Shown: positions 1 to 13,580, counted from the stretch's first letter. The stretch is DNA of 64,000 bases from an uncultured Nitrososphaeraceae archaeon (GCA_963765895.1 CAVXZB010000024.1:160001-224000), one strand, 5' to 3'. Translations and numbers: made by a program. The notes: a model not told the origin generated them from the letters alone.

Positions 1-198
1 CTAATTACTTAAAGGATATTTTCGAAACAATCTACGGGCTCATGAACAAGATCTCATTTAACTCGAGAATGATGACTCGTATCTAAAGAACGGTCTTTCG
101 CAATCGTTAAAGGCATTTATCATGTACTAATAATTTTCTAAAAATAGATGAGAATGAACGAATGCTCTTTGATTTAACAAAGGCAAAATGCAAGGCGG

Positions 199-432
199 CT
201 ATTTCCTTTTGCTCTTTGCTTTTGTCTTAGTAGCCTTTCTTACTGGTTTCTTGCTTGCAGTCTTTACCTTTGCGGCCACTTTGGAGTTTCCGCCACCTAT
301 TTTGAACATTTTTGTCCCACACGTTGTACAGATACCGCTGACGGCTTGTCGTCCGTTCTTCATCGTTATCTGCTTGTCATCTTTCATGTCTCGTTTGGAT
401 TTACATTTTACGCAATAAGCCTGTATTACCAA
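199..432 (-). CDS. DUF5679-type small Zn-ribbon protein with Lys/Ala-rich basic tail
   Basis: YCVKCK...KNGRQAVSGICTTCGTKMFKIG motif followed by KVAAKVKTASKKPVRKATKTKAKSKRK; probable TTG start at 432 within ORF 199..483. Confidence 0.75.
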   Translation of the reverse strand: MVIQAYCVKCKSKRDMKDDKQITMKNGRQAVSGICTTCGTKMFKIGGGNSKVAAKVKTASKKPVRKATKTKAKSKRK

Positions 433-1054
433 TTGTAATAATCTCTCCTGCTTAAATATAAGAATAGCTATGAGTGGGACCAATTTTGTTCCCTAATTTA
501 CTCTAAGCTCAGCAAAGTTGTAAATATTGCAAAAGTCTCTTATTTCGTGCCGCCTTAGACTATTAAATAACTATATTTCACCAGTATTTCAAACATATTT
601 TTAACAAATCCGACGACTGCCATATGTCGAATTGCCCTGCATCATTGAAGATACACTGCTAAACCCGAAATGTGCATCCGATATGTATAACCGATTACGA
701 AATATAATGAATTTCATATTATACGGGCTAGTCACTTATCCTTCCTTCTAAGGAACATCAGGAAAACAAACAAATCCAATTTACCGCTACTATCAAATTG
801 AATAAAGGAAGGAACCATCACACTCGATCGAACTTTTGAATGAAATTCTAGAAAGCCTTTCAAATATGGAACCTAGTTCGCTTAATTTATCAAATTCAAC
901 AATACTTGCATGAACTGCAGCATCTAGTACCATAAAGAGAAGCGGAATTAATAAATTATAATTCATCTCATTGGATAAGCACATACAACTTGTATCTATG
1001 GATCGACTCAATTGCTAATCTTTATATAGACAACAGCTTTCCTGATTCTGAAGA

Positions 1055-1516
1055 ATGGCGACAACTTCGATCGCAGAAGTGATGACTCAAAAACTAGAAA
1101 CTATTAAGTCATCTGCATCGGCACAGGACGCTGCAAAAAGAATGAGTGATAAAAGAATTAGTTCGTTAGTAGTAACCGATGAGACTGACATAGCAATCGG
1201 AATAGTAACTGAACGAGATTTGGTTCGGAGAATATGCGTTCACGACGCCAGCAGTAAACACACAATTGTCGAACAAATAATGTCTTCTGCATTAGTAACT
1301 ATCGATGCGGACTCGCAAATAGATGTAGCAGCCGATATAATGTTACAAAATAATGTCAGACACTTGCTAGTAATACAAGATAATGATACAAACAAACCTG
1401 TGGGTATAATAACTCCTAGCGATTTCGTGGGCTATCTTAAGGATAATTTGGACATTGATGATGTTAACGCAAGGATAATAGAGTCCCTGAAAGATGTCAA
1501 TAAAGACCACTCGTAA
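1055..1516 (+). CDS. CBS-domain pair protein
   Basis: Two CBS repeats (IAEVMT...GIVTERDL; VEQIMS...VGIITPSDF). Confidence 0.9.
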   Translation: MATTSIAEVMTQKLETIKSSASAQDAAKRMSDKRISSLVVTDETDIAIGIVTERDLVRRICVHDASSKHTIVEQIMSSALVTIDADSQIDVAADIMLQNNVRHLLVIQDNDTNKPVGIITPSDFVGYLKDNLDIDDVNARIIESLKDVNKDHS

Positions 1517-2332
1517 ATGGAGATTCGTGTAAAGACTGGAATGAGTACCGATTCATATAGTGTCATATTCTATGCCCGGAAGCTAAGTCTCGTACGCTAT
1601 ATAATAGAAGGTACTGCGGGGATGTCTTTTCTAATTACCATTTTAGGAACTATAGAATTATTTCTAATCGCTTATTCTGGTCCTACATCATATGTACAAA
1701 AATTATGAGCTAGGAACCTTATTTCTAATGCCGTAATGTATTTCTAATGACGGCAGTTTTTAGGGAAGGTCATAGAGAAGGGCTGTCGACCTTCGGTTTA
1801 GGATTTTGTATCAATTGGAATCGGTACATGAAATTGGAAACAAAATTAGAACTCGTATCGTGTTTATTTAAAAGGTCTACTTTTGACTATATTGTTGAAT
1901 CATTGATCTACAAAATTATTAAAATTGATTTTTGGTTAAGAAACTATGATCCTGAATGACCTCCGACCTTTAATCTAACTTGTTGTATCGCAGGGGCGTA
2001 GTTCATGATAAATTCTAATTTCAGGTGTATCGTTCAAGTATGTAAGATAAGGCCGGAAATCCATCATGCTAATGTGTTCGACAAAATCTGGAACAGAAAT
2101 AATGTATCCACAATAGAACAAACAATGAAATTAATAATATGCTTTATTTACTTATGCATCCAAATGTGGGATGTTTGGCATAATAAAAACAGCTGTACAC
2201 TTCTTCTTCTTTTCGGCAATCCTATATTCCTTCTAATAAAAGTGTAAAGTGATATCTCCCATGAGTGCTAATTCCCAAATCGTTGAAAATTCGTATAAGG
2301 TAAAGAAGTACTCCTAAATCCAAATAAAAGAG

Positions 2333-2406
2333 AGCCTTGGCCGGGATTTGGACCCGGGACCTTTGCCTTACCAAGGCAACGCTCTACCAGGCTGAGCTAC
2401 CAAGGC
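2333..2406 (-). tRNA. tRNA-Thr(GGT)
   Basis: Reverse complement GCCTTGGTAGCTCAGCCTGGTAGAGCG-TTGCC-TTGGTAA-GGCAA-AGGTCCCGGGTCCAAATCCCGGCCAAGGC folds as a cloverleaf with anticodon GGT. Confidence 0.95.
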
Positions 2407-2703
2407 GACAAGAATTCTACATGACATCAGGGTTTCATTAATGTTGTTATCCTCTAAAATGTTCAACATATAGGATCGTGATCCGAACCGTCTTCTGCAT
2501 CATAATTTATAATTAGTTTTGAGCACATTAGCAACTCATACTTTGTCAAAAGATACATAAGGGAATTAATATCACCAGACTAGCAGCCTTGGCGTTCGAA
2601 AACATAACAGATCACGTTGTTATTGTTAGTTTCCACAATGTTCTGCCTAACGATGAATAACTCAAGGTTTTAATTACGTAGATCTAAATAATTCGGATAC
2701 GAT

Positions 2704-2824
2704 GCGGGGGTTGTAGAGCCCGGCCAAATATGACTTGATGAATCGGAGACGCGGGACTTAAGATCTTAAGAAATGGGTTATCCCGTCCTTTAGCGGTTCG
2801 TGGGTTCGAATCCCACCCCCCGCA
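2704..2824 (+). tRNA. tRNA-Leu(TAA) with two introns (about 2731-2749 in the D-arm region; 2763-2779 at canonical 37/38)
   Basis: Acceptor GCGGGGG/CCCCCGC-A, T-arm GTGGGTTCGAATCCCAC, anticodon arm CGGGA-CTTAAG^A-TCCCG, long variable arm; removing 19+17 nt leaves an 85-nt Leu tRNA. Confidence 0.85.
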
Positions 2825-2857
2825 TTTCAGTTGATCATCAATATCAGATTATAAAAT

Positions 2858-3476
2858 CTAAACCTTTGAGATACCTTTTATAAATAATGTGTGTAACCTG
2901 TCATCGACTAATTCCGGATGAAACGAAGTGGCAACAATGTTGTTCTGCTTCACAGCAACGATCTTGTCATTAAACTTCGCTATGACGCCCACTCCTATGC
3001 CAATCTCAGTCACTATCGGAGCTCTTATGAAGATGGCCTTAATTTTGCTTTTACCAATTAAGGGTATATTCAAATAGGTTTCGAACGAATCATTTTGTCT
3101 ACCAAATGCATTCCTTTCCACAGTAATATCCAATGCAGATAAAAATTTCTGCTTTGTCTCTCCTATAACTCGGTCGTGGGCTTTTCTAGAGAGTAGTATC
3201 ATACCTGCACATATACCCATTACGGACATACCTTCTGAGATACGTCTCTTGATAGACTGAAAAACTTTTTCTTGGACGGAAATAAGTGAACTCATTACAG
3301 TGACTCTCACCGCCTGGAATGATCAAGCCGTCTAGATTTTCAATGTCTTCAGAGTAGCGAACAACTGTGATCTCTCCAACTCGTCTAGCTTTCTTCATGG
3401 CAGATCTGGTACAGGAAATATTCTCTTCGATGTCGCCCTGTATACCTAGAACTCCTATATTAACAGAATTCCTCAA
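2858..3476 (-). CDS. pdxT: Pyridoxal 5'-phosphate synthase glutaminase subunit, one frameshift near 3303
   Basis: [16 protein letters not shown](T), [27 protein letters not shown] motifs split over ORFs 3186..3476 and 2858..3310 by one extra base. Confidence 0.93.
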
Positions 3477-4417
3477 ATTGGTCCTCTTTCTTGCATTCTC
3501 AGGTCAAGATTTTTTGTATCCAGTCCAAGAATTGATTTCTTTTCATCAATCATACCTTGTGCCTTGGCAACTATCTCAGGATTGTCAAAGTGCGTAGTAG
3601 CGAGAACGATAGCTCTTGCCCTTTGAGATGCATCGTTGGCTTTAAAGATTCCGGATCCGACAAAGACCCCATCACAACCCAAATTCATAAGAAAGGCCGC
3701 ATCTGCTGGAGTTGAGATACCTCCGGCTGCGAAATTAACAACAGGCAATCTACCCAAATGAGAAATCTCTTCTACTAGGGGAAAGGGGGCTCTCAGTTCC
3801 CTTGCTATATTAAGTAATTCTTGCTTATCTCCATGGAGGGATCGGATCTTGCGAATTTCATAGTTAACCAGCTTAATATGTGAGACCGCTTCGGCAACAT
3901 TGCCTGTTCCAGGTTCTCCTTTGGTCCTAATCATCGCACACCCTTCTTCGATCCTTCGCAAAGCTTCGCCAAGATTCTTCGCACCATTAACGAAGGGTGT
4001 CGTGAAATCCCATTTCCATATATGTCGCTGTTCATCCGCTGGTGTCAATACCTCACTCTCATCTATCATATCGACACCAATTTCTTGGAGAAGATGAGCC
4101 TCAGAAACATGGCCAATCCTACATTTTGCCATGACTGGGATAGTGACCTTATCAATTATCTCCCTAATCACATTAACACTCGCAGTCCTCGCAACACCCC
4201 CCAATTTTCGTACGTCATATGGTAACTTGTCTAAAACCATAACAGCTACTGCACCGGCGTCTTCAGCTATCTGGGCCTGCTCAGAATTAGTTATGTCCAT
4301 AACGACACCATGTTTTTGCATTCGTGCAAAACCGCGCTTAACAAGTGTAGTACCCTCGAGCGATTCTTGACTTTGCGATCTCCTCAGATTTTGTTTTCCT
4401 TGTTTCCTGCTGGACAA
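3473..4417 (-). CDS. pdxS: Pyridoxal 5'-phosphate synthase lyase subunit
   Basis: [41 protein letters not shown] motifs; overlaps the pdxT start. Confidence 0.97.
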   Translation of the reverse strand: MSSRKQGKQNLRRSQSQESLEGTTLVKRGFARMQKHGVVMDITNSEQAQIAEDAGAVAVMVLDKLPYDVRKLGGVARTASVNVIREIIDKVTIPVMAKCRIGHVSEAHLLQEIGVDMIDESEVLTPADEQRHIWKWDFTTPFVNGAKNLGEALRRIEEGCAMIRTKGEPGTGNVAEAVSHIKLVNYEIRKIRSLHGDKQELLNIARELRAPFPLVEEISHLGRLPVVNFAAGGISTPADAAFLMNLGCDGVFVGSGIFKANDASQRARAIVLATTHFDNPEIVAKAQGMIDEKKSILGLDTKNLDLRMQERGPI

Positions 4418-4597
4418 CAGATATTACCATAGAATGAATTCTTAGAACACTTATATAGATATTAATCTTTCAGACCATGACAAATTAAATAATTCGGGGC
4501 CGCAAAAAAAGATAAGTTGATGGATACGATTCGCTATTATACTGATCTTGTAAACTATATTAGCGGTAGCTGTACAACATAGTAGGATTGAACCCAT

Positions 4598-4744
4598 ATG
4601 AGTGAAAAAACATCCAGTAGCGACGGGACATTATGTGAATACTGTGGAAACTCGATGGAAGCTTGTATGTGCGCCTGCCCATACTGCGGAGAACTAGACA
4701 ACTGTGAATGCTGTTTGTATGATGCCGTTACTGGCGGGGGATAA
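4598..4744 (+). CDS. 48-aa Cys-rich peptide (9 Cys) ending in TGGG; absent from the ORF track
   Basis: Manual translation MSEKTSSSDGTLCEYCGNSMEACMCACPYCGELDNCECCLYDAVTGGG*; same strand as and 54 nt before the OFOR alpha gene. Confidence 0.75.
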   Translation: MSEKTSSSDGTLCEYCGNSMEACMCACPYCGELDNCECCLYDAVTGGG

Positions 4745-4798
4745 TCCAATACTCCAATACTAAAGCATTAAAAGCAAGAAAAATTCAAATTTATATGA

Positions 4799-7718
<2,920 letters not shown>

Positions 7719-8009
7719 AAGTGCTCTCTTTGTCGAGCTAGGAAAATTCAGCATATTTATTGATCGGCGTCATTATGTGACCTGAACTCCTAGGCCGTGG
7801 ATGATAAGGGATAAGGATTAATCGCAGTTGAATTGTAAGTTTGAATTAATATAAGGTTCAGATTAGCCTCTTCTTTGATGGTAAGCTGTGATTTACCGGT
7901 ATTTACTTGATATATCTACATGTATTGCACTATACATATACATATAGATGCATACATACATACAACGCAACTCTAGAATTTATTAGATTACAGCTCTGGA
8001 TAAAATTCT

Positions 8010-8032
8010 TCGAAAAATAAAAAAGGAAAATT
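8010..8032 (-). terminator. Oligo-T terminator after amoA
   Basis: T-rich tract on the minus strand (gaaaaataaaaaaggaaaa on +) just after the amoA stop. Confidence 0.5.
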
Positions 8033-8044
8033 AGATTGGAAGAC

Positions 8045-8697
8045 TTAGTCCCACTTACTCCACGCGGCCATCCACCTATATGTCCACGTGTTTAGTTTAG
8101 CACCCAAAGCCGCAATTGGTACGGATAGCACTGCCCCCGCGCCTGCTCCTAAGGCTACAGGACTATTGTAGAATTTACCTACCTGAGGTTCAATTGGAGT
8201 CATGTATGGCGGCAATGTCGGACGGGGATACTTGAAGGCTACCTCTAATGGATCTCTGATCAGTAAAAGGTTGATCATATTGAACATTGGAAGAGATAGT
8301 CCTACTAGCGTTCCGCCAATTATTATAGGCAGCATGCTTATTCCTCCTAGTCGCCCAATAAGTCAAGTCTAATAACATTGCCGAGGGTATCCAGATAGGG
8401 TCCTGTAACGAAGTCGTATGGGTAGCCTAATGCGAACCAGGCGCCTTTTGCAACCCATGTATATATCGTCATAATGGTTGCATAATAAGTAGCGGTACCC
8501 GGCACGCCTGTAAACAGCATATAGTATATTGCCCCCACCACAAGCATTGTCGATTGAGATATAGAGAATACGACGAATGACGTCCATGCCCAGTCGGTGT
8601 AGAAGATATAGTCTCCAGCATTAATAGTCAATAGTGTGCTATTTACAGCAACTACTACTATGAAGAGGTAGTGCGTTGTGCGTCGAAGCCAGACCAT
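8045..8697 (-). CDS. amoA: Archaeal ammonia monooxygenase subunit A, two +1 frameshifts (about 8399 and 8327)
   Basis: MVWLRRTTHYLFIVVVAVNSTLLTINAGDYIFYTDWAW ... YRWMAAWSKWD; span of 653 nt equals the canonical 651 nt plus 2 inserted bases; ORFs 8347..8697, 8190..8378 and 8045..8335 join into full AmoA. Confidence 0.97.
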
Positions 8698-8718
8698 TAG
8701 TAACGTACTCTGATAGGT

Positions 8719-8734
8719 AATATATAAAATTTAT
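8719..8734 (-). promoter_or_regulatory. TATA box of amoA (probably leaderless transcript)
   Basis: AAATTTTATATATT on the minus strand about 25 nt upstream of the ATG. Confidence 0.55.
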
Positions 8735-8883
8735 GAGCAATCAACTAGCTAGGTATCTTTTGATGGCAAATGTTTAGAACATCACTATCTTTTAAAAAAG
8801 TATCAAAACTTGGAAAAAGACTGAAAAAATACCCGATAAAAAAATGGCACTTATGCTGCCAGTCAAACTAGAAATTTAGAAGT

Positions 8884-9174
8884 CTAGTATGCATAACCAA
8901 GCTTTTCGCGAGTAATCTTCATTATGAAGAAGAATCCCAATCCTTCAATAACAGTCAAAACAGACAATGCATACACGCCACTAGGTAATGGATATGCCCA
9001 TGGATATACAGTAACACCCACATATACACCTCCAGCAGTAGCAACCCAACAAAGCACAAATCCTAGGACATAGATACCAGTCATGTTTTCGACTCTTCGT
9101 CCTATCATCTTCTCGATATCGTCTCTGTTCTCGCCTCTTCTTCCGCCTGTGCCCCATCCCTTCGGTAATGTCAT
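8884..9174 (-). CDS. amoX: AMO subunit X
   Basis: MTLPKG.G.GG...IEKMIGRRVENM, YPWAYP.PSG, two TM helices; directly upstream of amoA. Confidence 0.9.
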   Translation of the reverse strand: MTLPKGWGTGGRRGENRDDIEKMIGRRVENMTGIYVLGFVLCWVATAGGVYVGVTVYPWAYPLPSGVYALSVLTVIEGLGFFFIMKITREKLGYAY

Positions 9175-9417
9175 TTCATCTATTATTCAGACAATACCTT
9201 TTTAAATATTGCTATTCAGATTTTATAAGGAGTCTCCTATGCTAACGTGCTTATGGTATATCATTTTATAGTAACCCGTGTTAATATGTTCCCGAGCAGA
9301 TCCTATTGATCTTAAATATTGCCTAGATTATATGGTCAAATCAACATAGAAAGAGCCTGCGATTCATATAGAAAAATATATATCTATGAGTCTTCTGGTA
9401 TCGCTAGATACAAAGGC

Positions 9418-9975
9418 ATGATTAAGTGCAAGACGTATATAGTGACGTCTCTAGTTGCAGCAACAGTTTTGTCTACAATATTGGCATACTTTCCAATGGC
9501 ACATGGTCATGGAGTACAGGCTCAGCTACAAAGTCGATTTGTGAGAATCAGTGACGAATCATTTTCGACTCAAACTATGCATACTGGTGATACATTGACC
9601 GTGACTGGAACGCTTCAGAGTCTGGTTAACCGACCACTAAGGGCATGGCTGTCCCTATTCAGTGATTCGACAAATGCAGGGACAAGATGGGAATTCATTT
9701 CAAGAGATCCTCCAGGAAATATATTTGATATTCCCGCGGGAGCAAGCATTCCATACTCAATAACAGTAAGGGCATTGGAACCTGGCACTTACCACGTTCA
9801 TACACAGCTGAACGTTGAACACATAGGTCCAGGTCTTGGTCCGGGTCAAACAGTTCAAGTAACCGGCCCTGTAATACTTAAGCCTGTTCCATGGGGTAAT
9901 GTAGCCTATCAAGTGATCATTATTGGCGCTGGATTAGGTGTAACTTTCGCTACCCGACCCTGGCAAGTTATCTAA
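9418..9975 (+). CDS. amoB: Archaeal ammonia monooxygenase subunit B
   Basis: Signal peptide then HGVQAQLQSRFV, YHVHTQLN copper-site motif, GPGLGPG, C-terminal TM ending TRPWQVI; ATG at 9418 preferred over the ORF start at 9319. Confidence 0.96.
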   Translation: MIKCKTYIVTSLVAATVLSTILAYFPMAHGHGVQAQLQSRFVRISDESFSTQTMHTGDTLTVTGTLQSLVNRPLRAWLSLFSDSTNAGTRWEFISRDPPGNIFDIPAGASIPYSITVRALEPGTYHVHTQLNVEHIGPGLGPGQTVQVTGPVILKPVPWGNVAYQVIIIGAGLGVTFATRPWQVI

Positions 9976-10083
9976 CAACTACACTTTCCTAACTTTTTAT
10001 TTTCAGTTCTTAGCGCAGTTAGATTACTTTTACTAGAATTAGATAACTAGCACGATTTGTTGTATTTCGATGCCGACTAGAAC

Positions 10084-11352
10084 TTAAAGCTCAATTTCTT
10101 TACAATCATTCATATACTTTCTAAGGACCCAAGGGACTTCAATTGTCCCCCTGCTAGTTTGATAGTTCTCGAGTATAGCCACCATACAACGCTCTGTGGC
10201 GATTAGCGTGCTATTCAGTGTGTGGACGAGTCTTGTCTCTTCGTTGGGTTTGTCTCTGAATCGTATATGTAATCCTCTAGCTTGATAATCGATACAATTC
10301 GAACATGAGACTATTTCGCGATAGGCGTTTTGGCCCGGCATCCATGCCTCGAGGTCAAAAGTTTTGGCTGAGGTCTTACCTGTATCTCCAGAACACAGTA
10401 ACATCGTACGCGTAGGAATTCCCAAGCATTCGTAGAAATTCTCGGTGGTTGCTAACAAGATATCGTGCTGTTTTTCGGACTCTTCCGGGCGAGAGTAAAC
10501 AAATTGCTCGACCTTTTCAAATTGATGAACCCTGAATATACCTTTCATGTCTTTACCGTGAGCTCCGGCTTCCTTTCTAAAACAAGGGCTAATGGCCCCA
10601 TATTTTATCGGAAGCCTGCCGCCTTCAAGGATCTCATTCATATGCATTGAAGCCATCGCATGTTCAGATGTCGCTATCATAAAAAGATCTTCCTCTTCAA
10701 TCTTATAAATGACCTGCTCGAAATCTCCTAGCATCACTGCACCTTCCATAGCCTCTTTTCTAATCATATATGGAGGTTGCAAAAGTATGTATGAATTGTT
10801 TGCTAAGAAGTCCAAGGCCATTCGTATCAATGCTTGATTCAGTAGCACTAGATCATTCTTCAAGAAGTAAAACCTAGAACCAGCGATTTTGGCTGCTCTC
10901 TCGAAATCGACCAAGTCAAGGGAAGTGCTTAATTCGACATGGTCTTTGGGTTGAAAATCTATAGTCCTTAGGGTTCCGCTAGATCTCACGAATACGTTGT
11001 CTGATTCAGCGTACCCAGAGGGAACAGACGGTAATAATAAATTAGGTAGCATCATCATTAATTGTTTAAATTTTACGTCAAGTTCATATTTTTCTGCCTC
11101 AAGATTAGATAGATTGTTACTGATTTCCTTCATTAATTTTATCTCCTCTAGAGCAGCACTATCCATCTTCCTTTTAGTCGAGATCAGGTTGGCTAGGACA
11201 TTTTTCCTGTGTCTAATTTCATCAACCTTGATGATCAGGCCTTTCCTTCTCGAATCCAATTGTAGTAAATCTTCTAAAGGAAATTGCAAATTTCTCCTTT
11301 GAATCATGTCTTTTAATAAACTTGGATTCTTTAGGAGCTTAGCATCAAGCAT
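10084..11352 (-). CDS. serS: Seryl-tRNA synthetase
   Basis: IATSEH, FRKEAGAHG, FRVHQFEKVE, EIVSCSNC, HTLNST motifs. Confidence 0.97.
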   Translation of the reverse strand: MLDAKLLKNPSLLKDMIQRRNLQFPLEDLLQLDSRRKGLIIKVDEIRHRKNVLANLISTKRKMDSAALEEIKLMKEISNNLSNLEAEKYELDVKFKQLMMMLPNLLLPSVPSGYAESDNVFVRSSGTLRTIDFQPKDHVELSTSLDLVDFERAAKIAGSRFYFLKNDLVLLNQALIRMALDFLANNSYILLQPPYMIRKEAMEGAVMLGDFEQVIYKIEEEDLFMIATSEHAMASMHMNEILEGGRLPIKYGAISPCFRKEAGAHGKDMKGIFRVHQFEKVEQFVYSRPEESEKQHDILLATTENFYECLGIPTRTMLLCSGDTGKTSAKTFDLEAWMPGQNAYREIVSCSNCIDYQARGLHIRFRDKPNEETRLVHTLNSTLIATERCMVAILENYQTSRGTIEVPWVLRKYMNDCKEIEL

Positions 11353-11590
11353 TGGAAATTACCTGTTTTGCCATTGCAACGTGTCTTAGAATTTCGTCTA
11401 CTGTACTTATAATGACACTAATTTCTCTCTTGCACGAGATGTCAAATATTAGGCAATTATGCTTGTCATACATCTCTATTACCAATCCGTCAGGACAACC
11501 AATGTTATCTGGAATTAACGAATTCATAATTGCAAACAGTTCCGATTTTGTTTCGAATTTTAGTTCCAAACGTACGTGAGCACTCAACAC
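11345..11590 (-). CDS. pcc1: KEOPS complex subunit Pcc1
   Basis: 81 aa, SLIPDN motif, typical position between the DHH gene and serS. Confidence 0.75.
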   Translation of the reverse strand: MLSAHVRLELKFETKSELFAIMNSLIPDNIGCPDGLVIEMYDKHNCLIFDISCKREISVIISTVDEILRHVAMAKQVISNA

Positions 11591-13020
11591 TAATCTTCAA
11601 ATTCTGCATCCCTAATCTTTGTTCTAATGGATATCATAAAATCATCTAACTTCTTTAATGGAATCTCGCAGATAGCCGAATTTAGTCGACCCCACGCCGC
11701 ACCTCCTATTGGTTCAGAAGAGCTTTTCACTAGATCTTCGAGAATAAGTGGAAACTTCGATCTAAATCCTCTTGTTATACAAAATTTGTAATGCGAGTTG
11801 TCTTTAGTTATCGTTCTTACTAATAGAACCTTATTATTCAATGATAGGCATCCGACCAGAAACGAACATACTGAATCAATCATGGTTTCGTGTACAGCCC
11901 CCTCTCCAAAAACATATACGCAATTTCCATAGTCGTTAAAGCGCCATCTTTCTGAAAAAATTCTGGATATGTTCTCCTTTAGGGTCTCCTTATAGGCCAG
12001 AAATATTCTCTCTCCCTCATCTAAGATATCCCTCCTGTCACCCATACAAATTCCTATACCTATTCCACCCTTGTTTGCATATCCGCAGGCTTTTAGTAAT
12101 TCTACAAATTGCCTGGCATCTCTAATAGAGGTCTCTGGATCCTCTCTAAGGCTATAAATCGATCCGGTCAGATCTTCTGGTTGTGGCAGTTCTGTGTAAG
12201 CTGATGTAGCCATAAATTTTATAATCGCCTCAGTTAGAACTCCTCTTTCCTCTTGATCGAGGTCTGCAAGTATACGCCACTGTCCATTCTTATTCTTCAG
12301 TCTAAGTCCAGAATTTTTTGTCAGCAAGTATGAATTTTCATAATTCCAGGTTAAACCATCTATACAAGGAGACAAATTGGAAGCTATCGCTTCAGCAATT
12401 GGCATAGTTTCTCCAGTAATCAGCAAGCCGGGCTTAACTGAAAGAGCGCCAATTGATTGAGCTGTATTGACAAATTCAGAATTTATCCCTATAAGCGACC
12501 TTTTTTCACCTATATCTTGCTTTTCTGCTAACGCTGATACGACTGCAAGCTTAGAAAGATCCTTATTCTTATTACTCGCTTCAAGGGCAAGGAGATACGC
12601 AAGTCCTCCCGATGAGATTTCTTTTTCGCCATCAATTCCGCACTCTTTCAGATTAATAACGGTATCTGCAGTCAATCTTCCTTGAGCCTCATCTGTAATA
12701 TTTTGATGATCGATTAGAAGCCATCTAGCATCCAGTGAGTCTCGCAGCTTATTGACCGTTGTAGTGCCAAGATCAATAAATATGAATAGGTCATAGCCCG
12801 AGGCTTTCAGATCAGTTATCATCTCTGGTGTCAATTCCATAACGGTGCGGATAAAGCACCTGCCTCCAAGTCTAGATATGCATGTTGCGGCTATACTACC
12901 AGAACATAATCCGTCGGGATTTACAGATGCAACTATTGCGATGCTTTTCTCGTTTTCAACTGCAGACTCTATTCTTTCGTTAAATTGTCCTAACCTTTCA
13001 TAGAGTTCCTTTCTACCCAT
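11590..13020 (-). CDS. DHH/RecJ-like phosphoesterase family protein with degenerate motifs
   Basis: NPDGLCSG, IDLG, IDHQ, EISSGGLAY; conserved position after rps15. Confidence 0.8.
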   Translation of the reverse strand: MGRKELYERLGQFNERIESAVENEKSIAIVASVNPDGLCSGSIAATCISRLGGRCFIRTVMELTPEMITDLKASGYDLFIFIDLGTTTVNKLRDSLDARWLLIDHQNITDEAQGRLTADTVINLKECGIDGEKEISSGGLAYLLALEASNKNKDLSKLAVVSALAEKQDIGEKRSLIGINSEFVNTAQSIGALSVKPGLLITGETMPIAEAIASNLSPCIDGLTWNYENSYLLTKNSGLRLKNKNGQWRILADLDQEERGVLTEAIIKFMATSAYTELPQPEDLTGSIYSLREDPETSIRDARQFVELLKACGYANKGGIGIGICMGDRRDILDEGERIFLAYKETLKENISRIFSERWRFNDYGNCVYVFGEGAVHETMIDSVCSFLVGCLSLNNKVLLVRTITKDNSHYKFCITRGFRSKFPLILEDLVKSSSEPIGGAAWGRLNSAICEIPLKKLDDFMISIRTKIRDAEFED

Positions 13021-13029
13021 GCCAATTTA

Positions 13030-13479
13030 TTATTCTAGCTGCGCTATAACAGTCGCATATTTCCAATTTTTTTGAAGCTTTCCTTTTTCCTTGTAGTATC
13101 TTGAAAGCCTATGGATTTTGGACTCTATTAATTCCAACGAGCGAACATTCCTATGGTCGGTATTATGAGATCTCAAGTGTCTCTGAAGGCCTAAGGCTTT
13201 CTTCACTAGCTGATCTAAATCTTCAGGCATTTCACGAGAGATTCCACTTTCGCTAAGCACCTTTGTTACCGACTTGCCTATGATAGGTTTTGCCAATGGA
13301 ATACCGTGATGATCACGCAAACGAACACCGATTTCACTTGGCAACAGACCTTCTTTGGATAATTGAAGAATTAGAGATGACACCTGGCTATAATCTTGCG
13401 TTAGCCAATTAGGGACATTTATAGAAACTGGACGAACACTATGAGACTTTCCATGAGTGTGTGCATGCATTCTTGACAT
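13030..13479 (-). CDS. rps15: 30S ribosomal protein S15 (S13e)
   Basis: MSRMH...GKSHS.RP, PSEIGVRLRD.HGIP, LELIESKIHRLSRYYK. Confidence 0.97.
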   Translation of the reverse strand: MSRMHAHTHGKSHSVRPVSINVPNWLTQDYSQVSSLILQLSKEGLLPSEIGVRLRDHHGIPLAKPIIGKSVTKVLSESGISREMPEDLDQLVKKALGLQRHLRSHNTDHRNVRSLELIESKIHRLSRYYKEKGKLQKNWKYATVIAQLE

Positions 13480-13580
13480 AATTGTTCACGGCCAGCCGTT
13501 TCTCTTAAACGTTACTTAAGATTATCTATCTATTCATGTACACAAAAGTTAAATAATCGAATCATGTCGTAATATGTTAT

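Noticed and set aside
1517-2247. Three short plus-strand ORFs after the CBS gene
   Set aside because: No motifs; composition consistent with chance ORFs in AT-rich DNA
4555-4749. 64-aa minus-strand ORF
   Set aside because: Antisense shadow of the Cys-rich peptide gene
7915-7966. TACA/TATA low-complexity tract between korB and amoA
   Set aside because: Short and irregular, in a convergent intergenic region; no consistent unit or spacing
8045-8697. amoA as a true pseudogene or programmed frameshift
   Set aside because: No slippery heptamers; the sequence is otherwise canonical and similar indels hit unrelated genes across the window
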